The translations under genes were made by a program, and so were the position numbers. The notes beneath the pieces are model-generated. The model was not told where the DNA came from, made no database searches, and saw only the letters and a list, made by a program, of their open reading frames with translations. 64,000 nucleotides of DNA, taken from NCBI GenBank assembly GCA_937879955.1, contig CALFMK010000001.1, forward strand, positions 442,356 to 506,355. Reading direction: 5' to 3'. Below are positions 47,110 through 56,253 of the stretch, in pieces. Within the stretch, counting starts at the first letter, position 1. Every line of letters starts with the position of its first letter. The stretch is from an uncultured bacterium (GTDB taxonomy: Bacteria > Patescibacteriota > Minisyncoccia > Phycocordibacterales > Phycocordibacteraceae).

Positions 47110-49371
47110 ATGAGGAGCCCTCTCTCATTCGTACGGACAGCGATCCTCTCGGCCGCCCTGGTCCTGACACTGTTCGTAGGCGCATTTCCTGCAAATGCTC
47201 AGGTAACATATACCGACAAGCGCGGAGCGTCCTGCACCAGCTCCAGCCGGACGGTGAGCACGACGAACATCTCTACGACTGTATGTACCTTCCCGGACGG
47301 CACGAAAGAGACATGCGAGGTATCAGGATCTTCTGAGATGGGACCGAGTCCCGCGACCTGCGAGACCGTCTATCCGGACGGAAGGACGGTCTCCGGAACC
47401 TATACCGGCATCGTCGATACGAGCTGCGAGAAGGACGCGGACGGGAAGTGCAAGGAGGGCACGACGCAGGTGAACTCTCCAGCCCTAGGAGCTGCCGTGA
47501 ATGCGGTCGTGGACACCGCGAGCGACATAGTCGTGAAGCCGGTTATCTCGTTCGTTCTCGGCTTCGCTACTTTCATGCTCGGTATCGCGGGCGTGTTCTT
47601 CAACCAGGTCATGATAAAGACGGTGTTCCAGTTCAGCACGTACTTCGGCTCCTCCGAAGGACTCCTGACCGCATGGGGCGTCATGCGCGACGTCGCGAAC
47701 ATCGGCCTCCTGTTCGGTTTCATATTCATGGGAGTCCTGCTAATACTCAATGTCGACGGGGGAGGGCATGGCCACGGGCATGGCGGCGGCATCAGCGCGA
47801 AGCGCGCCATCCCGCGCCTCATTATCTTCGCCGTCCTCCTGAACTTCAGTCTCTTCGCGTCCCAGGCGGTCATCGACGTCTCGAACGCGTTCGCGTCCAC
47901 CTTCACGACCCTCGCCGGCGCAGCCTGCGATGATAATGCATCCGCGACAGACGGGGACAACGCCTGCGCGAATGTCGGTATCGCAGGAAAGGTGATGCAG
48001 CTGGCCGGCATAGCCACCATCTGGAACCCTGACATCGATGCAAGCCCTACGGTACTTCTCGGGCTTACCATATTCGTCCTAATAACGATGGTCGTGCTCC
48101 TTGCGGCAGGTCTCATGCTCGTATTCCGCGTCGTGGTACTCACCATGCTCATGGTCACGTCTCCGATCGGCTTCGCCGGCATGGTCATACCGGGCCTACA
48201 AGGGCTCGCGAGCCGCTGGTGGCACATGCTCATATCGCAGTCCTTCTTCGCCCCGGTGATGCTCCTCCTCGTGTTCATAAGCCTCAAGATGGCAGAGTCC
48301 CTGAATCCGAACGGCGCGCCGCTCGTGGACGCGTTCGCCGGAGCGAACACCACCATGGCCGGGAACCTCGAGGTGCTCGTCGTATTCGCGGTCGTCATCG
48401 GTCTCATGATCAGCTCGCTCATCGTTGCCGCGAAGATGGGCGCGACAGGCGCATCGTTTGCGACCAATACGGCAAGCGCGGTCACGTTCGGCGCCCTTAC
48501 GCGCGTCACGAATGCCAGTGTCGGAGGCACCGCGCGCGGGCTGCGTGCAGCGCAGCAGAGCCAGTGGGCAAGCAGGGTAGGGACCCGCGTGCTCGGCGTA
48601 CGCGGCGCTGCCGTAGCGGGCAAGGTTGGCGAAGTCGCCGTGAACCGGGTGCTCCGTCCGGTCGAGAAGGCGAACATGGATGTGCGGCGCGCGCCTGGCA
48701 TGGGGGCGATCCTCGGCGCAGCCGGCGTTACCGCAGGCGCGAAGCCCGCAGAGCACGCGACATACGGCGACATGGCGCATCAGGTCACCGATATCCGCGG
48801 CGGCGCAGGCGGCAAGAAGCTTGAGGCCGAATACAAGAAGGAGGTCAAGTACGCATCGCTCGAGGGCCTCGCACACGATGACAAGCTCAATGAGGATACC
48901 GCAGAGGCGAAGGAGGCCCGGAAGCTCCTCACGTCGCTCTCGACGAAGGAGCTCGAGGCGCTCCACGGCATCCAGGAGGGTGTCTCTCAGATGGCACAGA
49001 ACCTCACGCCCGAGCAGCTCGAGAATCTCCAGAAGAGCGACAAGCTCGATGACGGACAGAAGCGTACGCTCAAGGAGAAGTACGAGGAGAAGTTCGCCGG
49101 CGACAACGCGAAGCGAACGATTCCAGGTATGAATGCCGAAGGTATCGCGAAGCTCGGCGGGGGTACCGTTTCGAAAACAGAGGTACTTGGGACCATGACT
49201 GGCCGTCAGCTCGCCGCGATCAATCCGGACAAGCTGAACGCTACTCAACTCGCGACTGTACAGGCATATATCAAGAGTCAGCGCACAGCGGGCACTCCTG
49301 CCGGGAAGGAATTCGAAATGCTCCTTATCGGGAACCCAAAGACGAAGGAGCGGTGGGGAGGCTTGGTATAA
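47110..49371 (+). CDS. VirB6/TrbL-like polytopic membrane protein with an N-terminal secreted Cys-containing domain, a GGGHGHGHGGG loop and a long charged cytoplasmic tail
   Basis: 753 aa; signal peptide, about 6-8 TM helices in the middle, K/E-rich C-terminal 250 aa. Confidence 0.5.
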   Translation: MRSPLSFVRTAILSAALVLTLFVGAFPANAQVTYTDKRGASCTSSSRTVSTTNISTTVCTFPDGTKETCEVSGSSEMGPSPATCETVYPDGRTVSGTYTGIVDTSCEKDADGKCKEGTTQVNSPALGAAVNAVVDTASDIVVKPVISFVLGFATFMLGIAGVFFNQVMIKTVFQFSTYFGSSEGLLTAWGVMRDVANIGLLFGFIFMGVLLILNVDGGGHGHGHGGGISAKRAIPRLIIFAVLLNFSLFASQAVIDVSNAFASTFTTLAGAACDDNASATDGDNACANVGIAGKVMQLAGIATIWNPDIDASPTVLLGLTIFVLITMVVLLAAGLMLVFRVVVLTMLMVTSPIGFAGMVIPGLQGLASRWWHMLISQSFFAPVMLLLVFISLKMAESLNPNGAPLVDAFAGANTTMAGNLEVLVVFAVVIGLMISSLIVAAKMGATGASFATNTASAVTFGALTRVTNASVGGTARGLRAAQQSQWASRVGTRVLGVRGAAVAGKVGEVAVNRVLRPVEKANMDVRRAPGMGAILGAAGVTAGAKPAEHATYGDMAHQVTDIRGGAGGKKLEAEYKKEVKYASLEGLAHDDKLNEDTAEAKEARKLLTSLSTKELEALHGIQEGVSQMAQNLTPEQLENLQKSDKLDDGQKRTLKEKYEEKFAGDNAKRTIPGMNAEGIAKLGGGTVSKTEVLGTMTGRQLAAINPDKLNATQLATVQAYIKSQRTAGTPAGKEFEMLLIGNPKTKERWGGLV

Positions 49372-49383
49372 TCGGTAGCATCC

Positions 49384-50214
49384 ATGCACACCGATCAGGA
49401 AGTCAGTAGAGCATATGATCTCGCGCCGAAGGCGATACAGGACGCATTGAGCGACGGGCCTGCCGTCGACTTCATGGTGAACCTGCAGTCGCGCTACGGT
49501 CTTCATGTCGATGTCGCAGGAAGCATCGTGAGCCGTATACGCGATCTGCTTCTCGGGCTCGCGAACCCTACGGAGTTCCTCGGCGAGCTCATACAGCTCG
49601 GTCTCACCGATACGGTCGCGCGCGCTATCGTAGCCGACCTGAACAAGGAGGTATTCGTCCCGCTTCGCGAGGCGATGCGGAATGCGCCCGAAGAGCCGAA
49701 GGCGGCGGTCGAGCCCATTTCCGTACCTCAGCAATCACTGAGCCCTAAGGAGACCGTTCCTGCACCGACGCTCGCGTACGAGCCTAGGCCTGCGCCCGTA
49801 ACGCTTCCAGGCTCTCCGGTAGAAGCGCCGATGCCTGCAGCTCCTGCGTCGTTGCCGACCTATTCAGTGCCGGAGTCCGCACCTGTCGCACCATCCGTGC
49901 CGCATCCTGCATATCCTGCGCCAAGTGCGCCGCAGCCAGGATGGCATTCCGCCGCTGCCGTCCATATCTACGTGCCGAGCCACGGCGTCCCGTTCGAGCA
50001 GATGCATACCCCAGTGCCTATCGAAGCGAAGGAAATAGCTCCTGTTACGGCTCCGCTGTCGTCTGCGCCTACACCCGTTCCCCAGGCCTACGTACCAGCT
50101 CCGGCCATAGCAGCGCCCGAGCCAGTATCTGCTCCCATACCTGCGGCAACTACGCTGGCTCCGGCTCCAATAACCAAGGATTACGCCGCCGATCCGTATC
50201 GCGAACCGATCTAG
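49384..50214 (+). CDS. Pro-rich hypothetical protein
   Basis: 276 aa; globular N-terminal 90 aa then PAP/PVP low-complexity. Confidence 0.45.
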   Translation: MHTDQEVSRAYDLAPKAIQDALSDGPAVDFMVNLQSRYGLHVDVAGSIVSRIRDLLLGLANPTEFLGELIQLGLTDTVARAIVADLNKEVFVPLREAMRNAPEEPKAAVEPISVPQQSLSPKETVPAPTLAYEPRPAPVTLPGSPVEAPMPAAPASLPTYSVPESAPVAPSVPHPAYPAPSAPQPGWHSAAAVHIYVPSHGVPFEQMHTPVPIEAKEIAPVTAPLSSAPTPVPQAYVPAPAIAAPEPVSAPIPAATTLAPAPITKDYAADPYREPI

Positions 50215-50277
50215 GGCGCGCTCGCGCCTGTCCACACGCCAGGTGCCCGCGATTGTCGGAGCTGCTATGCTTTCCGC

Positions 50278-50874
50278 ATGAACGGATACGAATCAGTAGC
50301 GAGGAGGGAGGAGCGCGAACCCTCCGAGAGGGAGGAAGAAGCGGTCGGAACGGGCTCGTTCGAGCCGGTATATCCGCCACCACCCACATCCGAGGAGATA
50401 GCGAGGAAGGAAGCGCTCATAGCCGGCATGCACAGGCCTGAGGCGGCTAACGACAACCAGTTCGCTGCGAATGATAACGAGACGGCGATACATCCGACAC
50501 AGGCGAGCGAGCGCGGACACGCGGAGATTCATGAGGAGCACGGGAAGCAGGAAACCGCCCATTCTCATGAGGCGGCCGGCGGGGGCGCGGGGGGCAGCGG
50601 AGGAGACCACGGAAGCGAGCACGGCGGTGATAATCACGGAGGGAATGAAGGTGGCGGCCACGGCGGGGACCATGGTCATCATGGCGGACATCACCACGAG
50701 AATCCGTGGATCAAATGGGGGGTGAAGCAGCCGATCGCGATCTTCGGCTTCCTCATCTCGCTCGTCGTCCAGGGCGTGAAGCGCTGGGGCGAGATGGCTG
50801 GGAAGGGCGGAGGTGGCGGAGGGGGTGGCCACGGTGGGGGAGGTGGTGGTCACGGAGGAGGTGGCCATCACTAG
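50278..50874 (+). CDS. Gly/His-rich (GGGHG)n protein with one TM helix
   Basis: 198 aa; acidic N-terminus, HGGDNHGGNEGGGHGGDHGHHGGHHHE, TM helix PIAIFGFLISLVVQGV, C-terminal GGGGGGGGHGGGGGGHGGGGHH. Confidence 0.5.
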   Translation: MNGYESVARREEREPSEREEEAVGTGSFEPVYPPPPTSEEIARKEALIAGMHRPEAANDNQFAANDNETAIHPTQASERGHAEIHEEHGKQETAHSHEAAGGGAGGSGGDHGSEHGGDNHGGNEGGGHGGDHGHHGGHHHENPWIKWGVKQPIAIFGFLISLVVQGVKRWGEMAGKGGGGGGGGHGGGGGGHGGGGHH

Positions 50875-50938
50875 CGTCCACACGATTCTCATATGCGAAC
50901 AGGCAGCCGGCATCCGCCGGCTGCTATACTTATAGGCA

Positions 50939-51349
50939 ATGGAGTACCAGGTACCGCAGTTCATCGAGGTTGAGGACAAGATCTTCGGGCCGTTCACGCT
51001 CAAGCAGTTCATCTATATCGCCGGCGGGGTAGGGCTCTGCGCCATCCTCCTCCTCTATCTTCCGCTCATTCTGGGCATCGTACTCGCCGTCCCGGTCGCC
51101 GTGCTCACTGCAGCGCTCGCGTTCTACAAGGTGAACAACAAGCCGTTCGTCGAGATAATCGAGGCCGCTTTCACCTATTACATCGGCGACCGCCTCTATC
51201 TCTGGAAGAAGGAGAAGAACGCTCCGTCCGCTCCTGCGCCCGTGACAAAGCCGGCCGATCCGACGAAGCTCGGTCTCACCCAGAGCAAGCTCAAGGACCT
51301 CGCCTGGTCCCTCGACATCAAGGACCGGGAAGGGAATAACACGCCGTAG
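50939..51349 (+). CDS. PrgI/VirB3-like small membrane protein
   Basis: 136 aa; MEYQVPQFIEVEDKIFGPFTLKQFIYI plus two TM helices; sits immediately 5' of the VirB4-like gene. Confidence 0.65.
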   Translation: MEYQVPQFIEVEDKIFGPFTLKQFIYIAGGVGLCAILLLYLPLILGIVLAVPVAVLTAALAFYKVNNKPFVEIIEAAFTYYIGDRLYLWKKEKNAPSAPAPVTKPADPTKLGLTQSKLKDLAWSLDIKDREGNNTP

Positions 51350-51352
51350 ACC

Positions 51353-51982
51353 ATGGCAGCCACCAAGACAACGCAATCGTTCGTACCCGTGAAGGAAGTC
51401 CGCAACGGCGTCATCGTCCTCAAGGATGACGGCTATCGCGGCGTCCTCATGTGCTCGTCCATAAACTTCGCGCTCAAGGGCGAGGACGAGCAGCGCGCGA
51501 TCATCGGCGGGTTCCAGAGCCTCCTGAACACGCTCGATTTCTCGATACAGATCGTGGTGCATTCCCGCAAGACCGACATCCGGCCGTATCTCGCCCTGCT
51601 CGAGACGCGCATGCAGGATCAGACCACCGAGCTCATGCGGCTCCAGCTGCGCGAGTACATCGCCTTCATCCGGAACTTCATCGACTCGAGCGACATCATG
51701 ACCAAGATGTTCTACGTCGTCGTGCCGTACGCGCCGAGCGCGGGAGTCTCGATAAAGAACGCACCCTTCCTTGGCGGACGCCCGTCGGGCGTCTCGAGCA
51801 CGAGCAGCGACCCGTTCGAGGAGCATCGCGTGCAGCTCGAGCAGCGCATGGCGCTCGTGGTGTCCGGACTCGCGTCAAGCGGCGTGCGCGCCGTGCCGCT
51901 CGGCACCGAGGAGGTCATCGAGCTCCTGTACCGCTCCTTCAACCTCTCGGAGCTCGAGAACCCTATCCACCTCAACGCATAA
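51353..51982 (+). CDS. virB4: VirB4/TrbE-like ATPase, N-terminal domain fragment (ends at an in-frame TAA)
   Basis: 209 aa; FVPVKEVRNGVIVLKDDGYRGVL...SSINFALKGEDEQ pattern typical of the VirB4 N-terminal domain; same reading frame as the next ORF. Confidence 0.65.
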   Translation: MAATKTTQSFVPVKEVRNGVIVLKDDGYRGVLMCSSINFALKGEDEQRAIIGGFQSLLNTLDFSIQIVVHSRKTDIRPYLALLETRMQDQTTELMRLQLREYIAFIRNFIDSSDIMTKMFYVVVPYAPSAGVSIKNAPFLGGRPSGVSSTSSDPFEEHRVQLEQRMALVVSGLASSGVRAVPLGTEEVIELLYRSFNLSELENPIHLNA

Positions 51983-51985
51983 CCT

Positions 51986-53812
51986 ATGGCGCTCCTCGAT
52001 TTCCTCGGAAAGAACAAGAAGGACGACGCGGCTCCGTCGGTGGCGCCCGTGCTGCCGAAGGACATCTACGCGGAAGGGGAGCTGCGTCTCGCGGACGCCA
52101 TCGCGCCGGCGGCGCTCAAGGTCGGCGCGCGCGAGCTCGAGCTGGGCGAGAAGGTCTCGCGCTCGTTCTACACGATCTCGTACCCGCGCTTCCTCGTGGA
52201 CAGCTGGTTCACCCCGATCATCAACCTCGACAAGGTCTTCGACGTCTCCATCTTCGTGCATCCGGTAGAGACCGGGTCCGCGCTCCGCGGCTTCCAGAAG
52301 AAGGTGGCCGAGATCGAGAGCCAGATAGCCGACAGGGAAGAGAAGGGGTTAGTGCGCGACCCGATGCTTGATACCGCGTACCGCGACCTCGAGCAGCTGC
52401 GCGACCAGCTCCAGCAAGCGGAGGAGCACATCTTCGAGGTAGGTCTCTACATAACCCTCTACGGGAACAATAAGGATGAGCTCGACAAGATCGAGGCGGA
52501 CGTGCGCGGCATCCTCGACTCGAAGCTCGTGTATACGAAGCCGGCCCTCTTCCAGCAGGAGCAGGGCTTCCGCTCCACGCTCCCGATCGCGACCGACGAG
52601 CTCCAGGTGACGAGCAAGCTCAATTCCTCGCCGCTCTCCTCCATATTCCCGTTCGTCTCCTTCGACCTCACGAGCGACCGCGGCATCCTCTACGGCATCA
52701 ACCGCCATAACGCGTCGCTTATCCTTTTCGACCGGTTCTCCCTCGAGAACTACAACTCCGTGGTCTTCGCGAAGTCCGGATCCGGAAAGTCCTACGCCGT
52801 GAAACTCGAGGTGCTCCGCTCGCTCATGTTCGGCACGGACGTGATCGTCATCGACCCTGAGCGCGAGTACGAGAACCTCGCTGCCGCCACCGGAGGCCGC
52901 ACCTTCAACATCTCGCTCTCATCCGAGCACCACATCAACCCGTTCGACCTGCCGCCGGTGAAGGAGGACGAGGAGCCGTCCGACATCCTCCGCTCGAGCA
53001 TTATCAACCTCGTCGGCCTCTTCCGCCTCATGCTCGGCGGGCTCACGCCCGAGGAGGACGCCATCATCGACCGCGCCATCACGGAGACCTACGCGCTCAA
53101 GGATATCACCGGAGACAGCGACTTCACCGGCATCGAGCCGCCGCTCCTCTCCGATTTCGAGAACGTGCTCTCGGGCATGGAGGGTTCCGAGTCGCTCGTC
53201 ATCCGCCTTTCCAAATACACGCACGGGACCTGGGCCGGATTCATAAACCAGCCGACCAACGTCGATATCAACAAGCAGTTCATCGTCTTCTCGGTGCGCG
53301 ACATGGAGGACGAGCTCAAGCCGATCGCGATGTACATCATCACGCACTACATCTGGAACGCGGTCCGCCACGAGCTCAGGAAGCGACTCCTCGTCATCGA
53401 CGAGGCATGGTGGATGATGAAGTCGGAGGACACCGCGTCCTTCCTCTACAGCCTCGCCAAGCGCGGCCGCAAGTACTATCTCGGCGTCGCGACCATCACC
53501 CAGGATGTGGAGGACTTCCTTCGCTCGCCGTACGGCCGTCCGATCCTCACGAACTCATCGATGCAGCTCCTCCTCAAGCAGTCCCCGACGACGATCAACG
53601 TCCTCAAGGAGACGTTCAACCTCACCGAGGAGGAGAAGTTCCTCCTGCTCGAGTCCGGGGTGGGGGAGGGTCTCTTCTTCGCGGGCCTCAAGCACGTCGC
53701 CATCAAGGTCGTCGCGTCCTATACCGAGGACCAGATCATCACGTCGGACCCGAGCCAGCTCCTGCAGATAAAGCGCGAGAAGGAGCGCAACGACGCAGGG
53801 CTCGCGGTCTAG
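51986..53812 (+). CDS. virB4: VirB4/TrbE/CagE-like T4SS ATPase, ATPase domain fragment
   Basis: 608 aa; Walker A AKSGSGKS, Walker B LLVIDEAW, conserved C-terminal region. Confidence 0.85.
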   Translation: MALLDFLGKNKKDDAAPSVAPVLPKDIYAEGELRLADAIAPAALKVGARELELGEKVSRSFYTISYPRFLVDSWFTPIINLDKVFDVSIFVHPVETGSALRGFQKKVAEIESQIADREEKGLVRDPMLDTAYRDLEQLRDQLQQAEEHIFEVGLYITLYGNNKDELDKIEADVRGILDSKLVYTKPALFQQEQGFRSTLPIATDELQVTSKLNSSPLSSIFPFVSFDLTSDRGILYGINRHNASLILFDRFSLENYNSVVFAKSGSGKSYAVKLEVLRSLMFGTDVIVIDPEREYENLAAATGGRTFNISLSSEHHINPFDLPPVKEDEEPSDILRSSIINLVGLFRLMLGGLTPEEDAIIDRAITETYALKDITGDSDFTGIEPPLLSDFENVLSGMEGSESLVIRLSKYTHGTWAGFINQPTNVDINKQFIVFSVRDMEDELKPIAMYIITHYIWNAVRHELRKRLLVIDEAWWMMKSEDTASFLYSLAKRGRKYYLGVATITQDVEDFLRSPYGRPILTNSSMQLLLKQSPTTINVLKETFNLTEEEKFLLLESGVGEGLFFAGLKHVAIKVVASYTEDQIITSDPSQLLQIKREKERNDAGLAV

Positions 53813-53815
53813 CGT

Positions 53816-54289
53816 ATGCAGCAGCGGATAGGGAACGTCACGGCAGGAGCGATCATCGCGATCGCCCTGATCATCGACGGCCTCCAGTTCCTGCTCACCC
53901 TCACGGTCGTAGGGTCCATCATCGCCGCGGCCATGACCTTCCTCGCCGGATTCGGCTTCTGGCTCTGGTTCTCCATCCTCGGCGTGAAGTACATGGGCAA
54001 GGAAGGGAACAAGAAGCTCCTCATAAGCCTCACGGCGTTCATCACGGAGCTTATTCCTATCGTGGACGCGCTCCCCGCGACCACGCTCGGCGTCGTACTG
54101 ATCATCATCCAGACGCGCATTGAGGACGCCCGGGCGAACGCTGGGAAGAAGGTGACGCAGCGGACCGCGCTCGCGGCGGTACGCAGCCAGAAGATGCAAG
54201 CCGCGAGGGCCCAGAGAGCGGACGCGGCACGCGCATCTAGGGAAGAGGCGCAGCAGGCGCGCCACGCGCCAGCGAACGAGACTGCGTAG
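53816..54289 (+). CDS. Small polytopic membrane protein, hypothetical
   Basis: 157 aa; 3-4 TM helices then an R/A/Q-rich tail. Confidence 0.5.
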   Translation: MQQRIGNVTAGAIIAIALIIDGLQFLLTLTVVGSIIAAAMTFLAGFGFWLWFSILGVKYMGKEGNKKLLISLTAFITELIPIVDALPATTLGVVLIIIQTRIEDARANAGKKVTQRTALAAVRSQKMQAARAQRADAARASREEAQQARHAPANETA

Positions 54290-54343
54290 CCATACCCACG
54301 CCCAGTGAGGGAAGTAGCGCATCGCACGGTATATACTGTGTCC

Positions 54344-55330
54344 ATGACACGTACCGTGCTTCTCATGCTGCTCCTGCTCGCGGGCTCCGTCGCGCCGGTC
54401 GCGCTCGCGCAGGGCCTCCCAAGCGACGACCCGCTCACGGTATCCATAGCCCCGTCGTATCCGCGCCCGTACCAGACCGTCACCGTGACCCCAGGAAGCA
54501 CGCTTCTCGATCTCTCGTCGAGCAAGGTGAAGGTGTCCGTGAACGGCACGAACGTGTATGAAGGGAGCGGCACCCAGCCGACGAACGTGCGGGCGGGCGG
54601 GCTCGGCGAGAAAACGACCGTCGTCGTGACGGTGACCGATCCTGCGGGCGGGACCTACACGAAGACGCAGGTCATCCGGCCTGCCGAGGTGTCCCTCGTC
54701 ATGGAACCGGCGTCGACCGTGCATCCCTTCTATCAGGGAGGGGCACTCGTCGCGTCCGAGGGCCGCGTGCGTCTCGTAGCGGTCGCGGACCTGAGGAGCG
54801 CGCCGGGTACCCGTCTCCCGGCTTCCTCGCTCGTCTATACCTGGCGACTCGGCGACCGCGTCCTTACGGATGCCTCGGGAATCGGGCGCACGACCCTCAT
54901 AGCGACTGCGCCCGTACGCTATCGCAACGCCGACATCACCGTGACCGTGACGAGTCCGGACAGCGCGCTCGTAGGAGAGGCCGTGACGCGCATCGCGGCC
55001 ACCGACCCGGTCGTACGCATCTACCGCAACGACCCGCTGCTCGGCCCGAACTTCGACGTCGCGCTCTCTAATCGATTCTCCATGCCTGATACCGAGGCCA
55101 CCTTCCGCGCCGTCGGCTACTTCTTCGCCGTGCCGCCCGCGTTCGCCTGGGCGGTGAACGGTACCCCGAACGGGACCGATAAGGACATCACGGTCCGCGC
55201 GACCGGAAGTGGGCAGGGGACCGCGCGTCTCGATCTCACGGCGACCGAGACGGCGAGCCGCCGTAACGCGGAGAGCCAGGTCACAATCGACTTCGGCTCC
55301 GCTACCGGCTTCGGGTTCTTCGGCCTCTAA
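54344..55330 (+). CDS. Secreted beta-rich hypothetical protein
   Basis: Signal peptide MTRTVLLMLLLLAGSVAPVALAQ (the track start at 54305 is the alternative); T/V-rich, probably beta-sandwich repeats. Confidence 0.5.
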   Translation: MTRTVLLMLLLLAGSVAPVALAQGLPSDDPLTVSIAPSYPRPYQTVTVTPGSTLLDLSSSKVKVSVNGTNVYEGSGTQPTNVRAGGLGEKTTVVVTVTDPAGGTYTKTQVIRPAEVSLVMEPASTVHPFYQGGALVASEGRVRLVAVADLRSAPGTRLPASSLVYTWRLGDRVLTDASGIGRTTLIATAPVRYRNADITVTVTSPDSALVGEAVTRIAATDPVVRIYRNDPLLGPNFDVALSNRFSMPDTEATFRAVGYFFAVPPAFAWAVNGTPNGTDKDITVRATGSGQGTARLDLTATETASRRNAESQVTIDFGSATGFGFFGL

Positions 55331-55335
55331 TACCT

Positions 55336-56250
55336 ATGAAATACCTCTCTTTCCTTACGCTCCTCATCCTGTTCCCGGCGCTCGCGCTCGCCGCGACGAC
55401 GACGGACACCTCCTTCGTACCGCTCACCAATATCCCGGCCCTATTCGAGACCGGCAACCAGTTCAATCTCCAGGATTTCCTCAACGGCCTGTACCGGATA
55501 TGCATCGGCGCAGCGGCCGTCATCGCGGTCCTCCAGATCATGCGCGCGGGCATCATGTACATGGGAGGGGACAGCGTCACCGAGAAGAAGGAGGCGCGCA
55601 ACCTCATCGGCCTCGCCATCGGCGGTCTCATCCTCGTGCTGTCGCCGGTTATCGTCTTCTCGATAATCAATCCTGAGATCCTGTCGCTTCAGATCGGCGG
55701 CATCGACAAGCTGCAGACCGCTGACGACATGGGTGGATCGAACGTCTGTACCCCCGCATGCACGGGAGGGAACAGGTGCATGAGCGGACAGTGCGTCCCG
55801 CCCAACGACGGGGACGGCACCTGCAAGGCGGACTGCGTCGCCGGACGGGTCTGCAAGGCAGGCGCCTGCGTCGCGGTATCCGCCGAGAGCTGCACGTCTA
55901 CCATAGCGAACGGCGCGCCGGTGAAGACCATAGCGCAGCAGAACTGCTGCGCTATACAGACCGGGTGCAAGGTAACCATAGGTACCGGAGGCGCGTTCGC
56001 GGATCCAGTATGCTCCTGCTCGCCGACCGGCGCGATAGAATACGGATGGAGGTACACCGCCTTGTATAACGATAATGGCAGCCTCAAGACGGGAACCTTC
56101 AAGAAGGGACCCTTCACGTCTAACGAGAGCTGCGTGGCGTCGCTCACCGCATTCAAGAAGGAATACGACCCGAAGACCGGGGATAATTACACGAGAGAGT
56201 GCGACTGCGGACGCCCGCTCTCCGACCAGCAAGGATGCAGTCCTTTCTAG
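55336..56250 (+). CDS. VirB2/TrbC-like pilin-architecture protein fused to a C-terminal Cys-rich domain
   Basis: Signal peptide plus two hydrophobic helices (ICIGAAAVIAVLQIM, LIGLAIGGLILVLSPVIVFSII), then about 20 Cys in 180 aa. Confidence 0.5.
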   Translation: MKYLSFLTLLILFPALALAATTTDTSFVPLTNIPALFETGNQFNLQDFLNGLYRICIGAAAVIAVLQIMRAGIMYMGGDSVTEKKEARNLIGLAIGGLILVLSPVIVFSIINPEILSLQIGGIDKLQTADDMGGSNVCTPACTGGNRCMSGQCVPPNDGDGTCKADCVAGRVCKAGACVAVSAESCTSTIANGAPVKTIAQQNCCAIQTGCKVTIGTGGAFADPVCSCSPTGAIEYGWRYTALYNDNGSLKTGTFKKGPFTSNESCVASLTAFKKEYDPKTGDNYTRECDCGRPLSDQQGCSPF

Positions 56251-56253
56251 ACC

